Of a DNA stretch of 64,000 nt, positions 63,273 through 64,000 are shown one piece after another. Made by a program: the position numbers and the translations under genes. The DNA lies in assembly GCA_918797485.1 (NCBI GenBank), contig CAKKNE010000005.1:4154001-4218000 (forward strand), written 5' to 3'. The notes under the pieces were generated by a model. That model ran no database searches, was not told the origin of the DNA, and was given only the letters and a program-made list of their open reading frames with translations. This DNA comes from Pelagomonas calceolata (lineage: Eukaryota). How positions within the stretch are numbered: position 1 is the stretch's first letter; the number at the start of each line of letters is the position of its first letter.

Positions 63273-64000
63273 TTATGAATCAACCCCCCAAAGCCGCCCA
63301 ATCTCCGCGCCAACCTCCGCGAACGCCTCCCGCTCCAACAACGAGGCGCGCCAAGCAAGCGTCGCCGGCCGCGGCGCCGCCGCGACCGACCCTGAGAGAG
63401 GCGCCGCGCCGCACGCGTGGGCGCATTCGACGATGGGAAACGCGAAGGCGTCGGCTAGAGAAGGAAACCCCGGCGCCAGATCGCCATTCGCGAGCGTCTC
63501 CTCGACCGTCGCGAGGGCCGCCGCGAGTTCGGCGGTAAGCGCGGTGTCAAGGGGCGCATTACAATCGCGGCACCGCTCCAGTGCTAAGGTTCGTTCGACC
63601 GGAGGCAGCGGCGCCAGCGCGTACTCGATACCGCCCCGTTCCAACAAGCGCCGCGGCCCAACATACAAAGCGTAGAGGCGCTGGAGCACGTCGCCGTCGA
63701 CGGATCGCGCCCAGTGCATCCACCGCTTGATGGAGACTGCCGCGTCCAGGCTATCGCCAAGGCGCCCGTTTGAGAGCTGTGTGGCGACGGCGAGCGCCCC
63801 GGCGACGGCCTCACCACCACCAAGCAACAGAGGCAGCCGCGCGCAGCCGCCGGCGAGGGCGCCGCACGCCGCCAGCGCGTCGGGCGTCGGGGCGAGGCGC
63901 TCGAGCGAGGGCGCGTCGAGCGTCAGGACCGTCACGTTGTCCCCGAGCTCGCGCGCCGCGATTCTGACGGCGAAGCACGTGGCCGCCGCCGCGTCGACGA
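63273..64000 (-). CDS. Hypothetical protein with GST-C-like segment (5' end beyond window)
   Basis: Frame open towards the window edge; ALATVEETLA...PSLADAFAFP. Confidence 0.45.
   Translation of the reverse strand, partial: VDAAAATCFAVRIAARELGDNVTVLTLDAPSLERLAPTPDALAACGALAGGCARLPLLLGGGEAVAGALAVATQLSNGRLGDSLDAAVSIKRWMHWARSVDGDVLQRLYALYVGPRRLLERGGIEYALAPLPPVERTLALERCRDCNAPLDTALTAELAAALATVEETLANGDLAPGFPSLADAFAFPIVECAHACGAAPLSGSVAAAPRPATLAWRASLLEREAFAEVGAEIGRLWGVDS

Overview
Eukaryotic nuclear DNA: GC-rich, very gene-dense, with short spliceosomal introns. Gene content and intron style suggest a pelagophyte stramenopile alga (Pelagomonas/Aureococcus-like); this is inference. I reconstruct about 37 protein-coding genes, including Mrt4, ValRS, BCS1, a 3-repeat Myb, an ion-channel/adenylyl-cyclase-like protein, a PPEF-type phosphatase, a P5A ATPase, glutaryl-CoA dehydrogenase, FAM98 and a MenA-like prenyltransferase. 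I infer 24 introns from frame restoration; many are introner-type non-autonomous DNA transposons with ~15-bp terminal inverted repeats, ~8-bp target-site duplications and GT or GC donors. Main observations: (1) a 23-25 bp element, GCTAGCG-N3-5-TAASACACTAGC, occurs 11 times, only in promoter regions and mostly between divergent genes; (2) ValRS is fused in frame to an eEF1B guanine-nucleotide-exchange domain and carries a WHEP domain; (3) a ~6.7 kb insert bracketed by a duplicated promoter carries a large intronless orphan with a LEM-3/GIY-YIG-like motif order and helical repeats; (4) the channel-cyclase has lost both metal-binding aspartates; (5) one gene pair appears bicistronic, with a 3-nt gap. 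I recognised no rRNA, tRNA or CRISPR array. All calls are by eye, without database searches.
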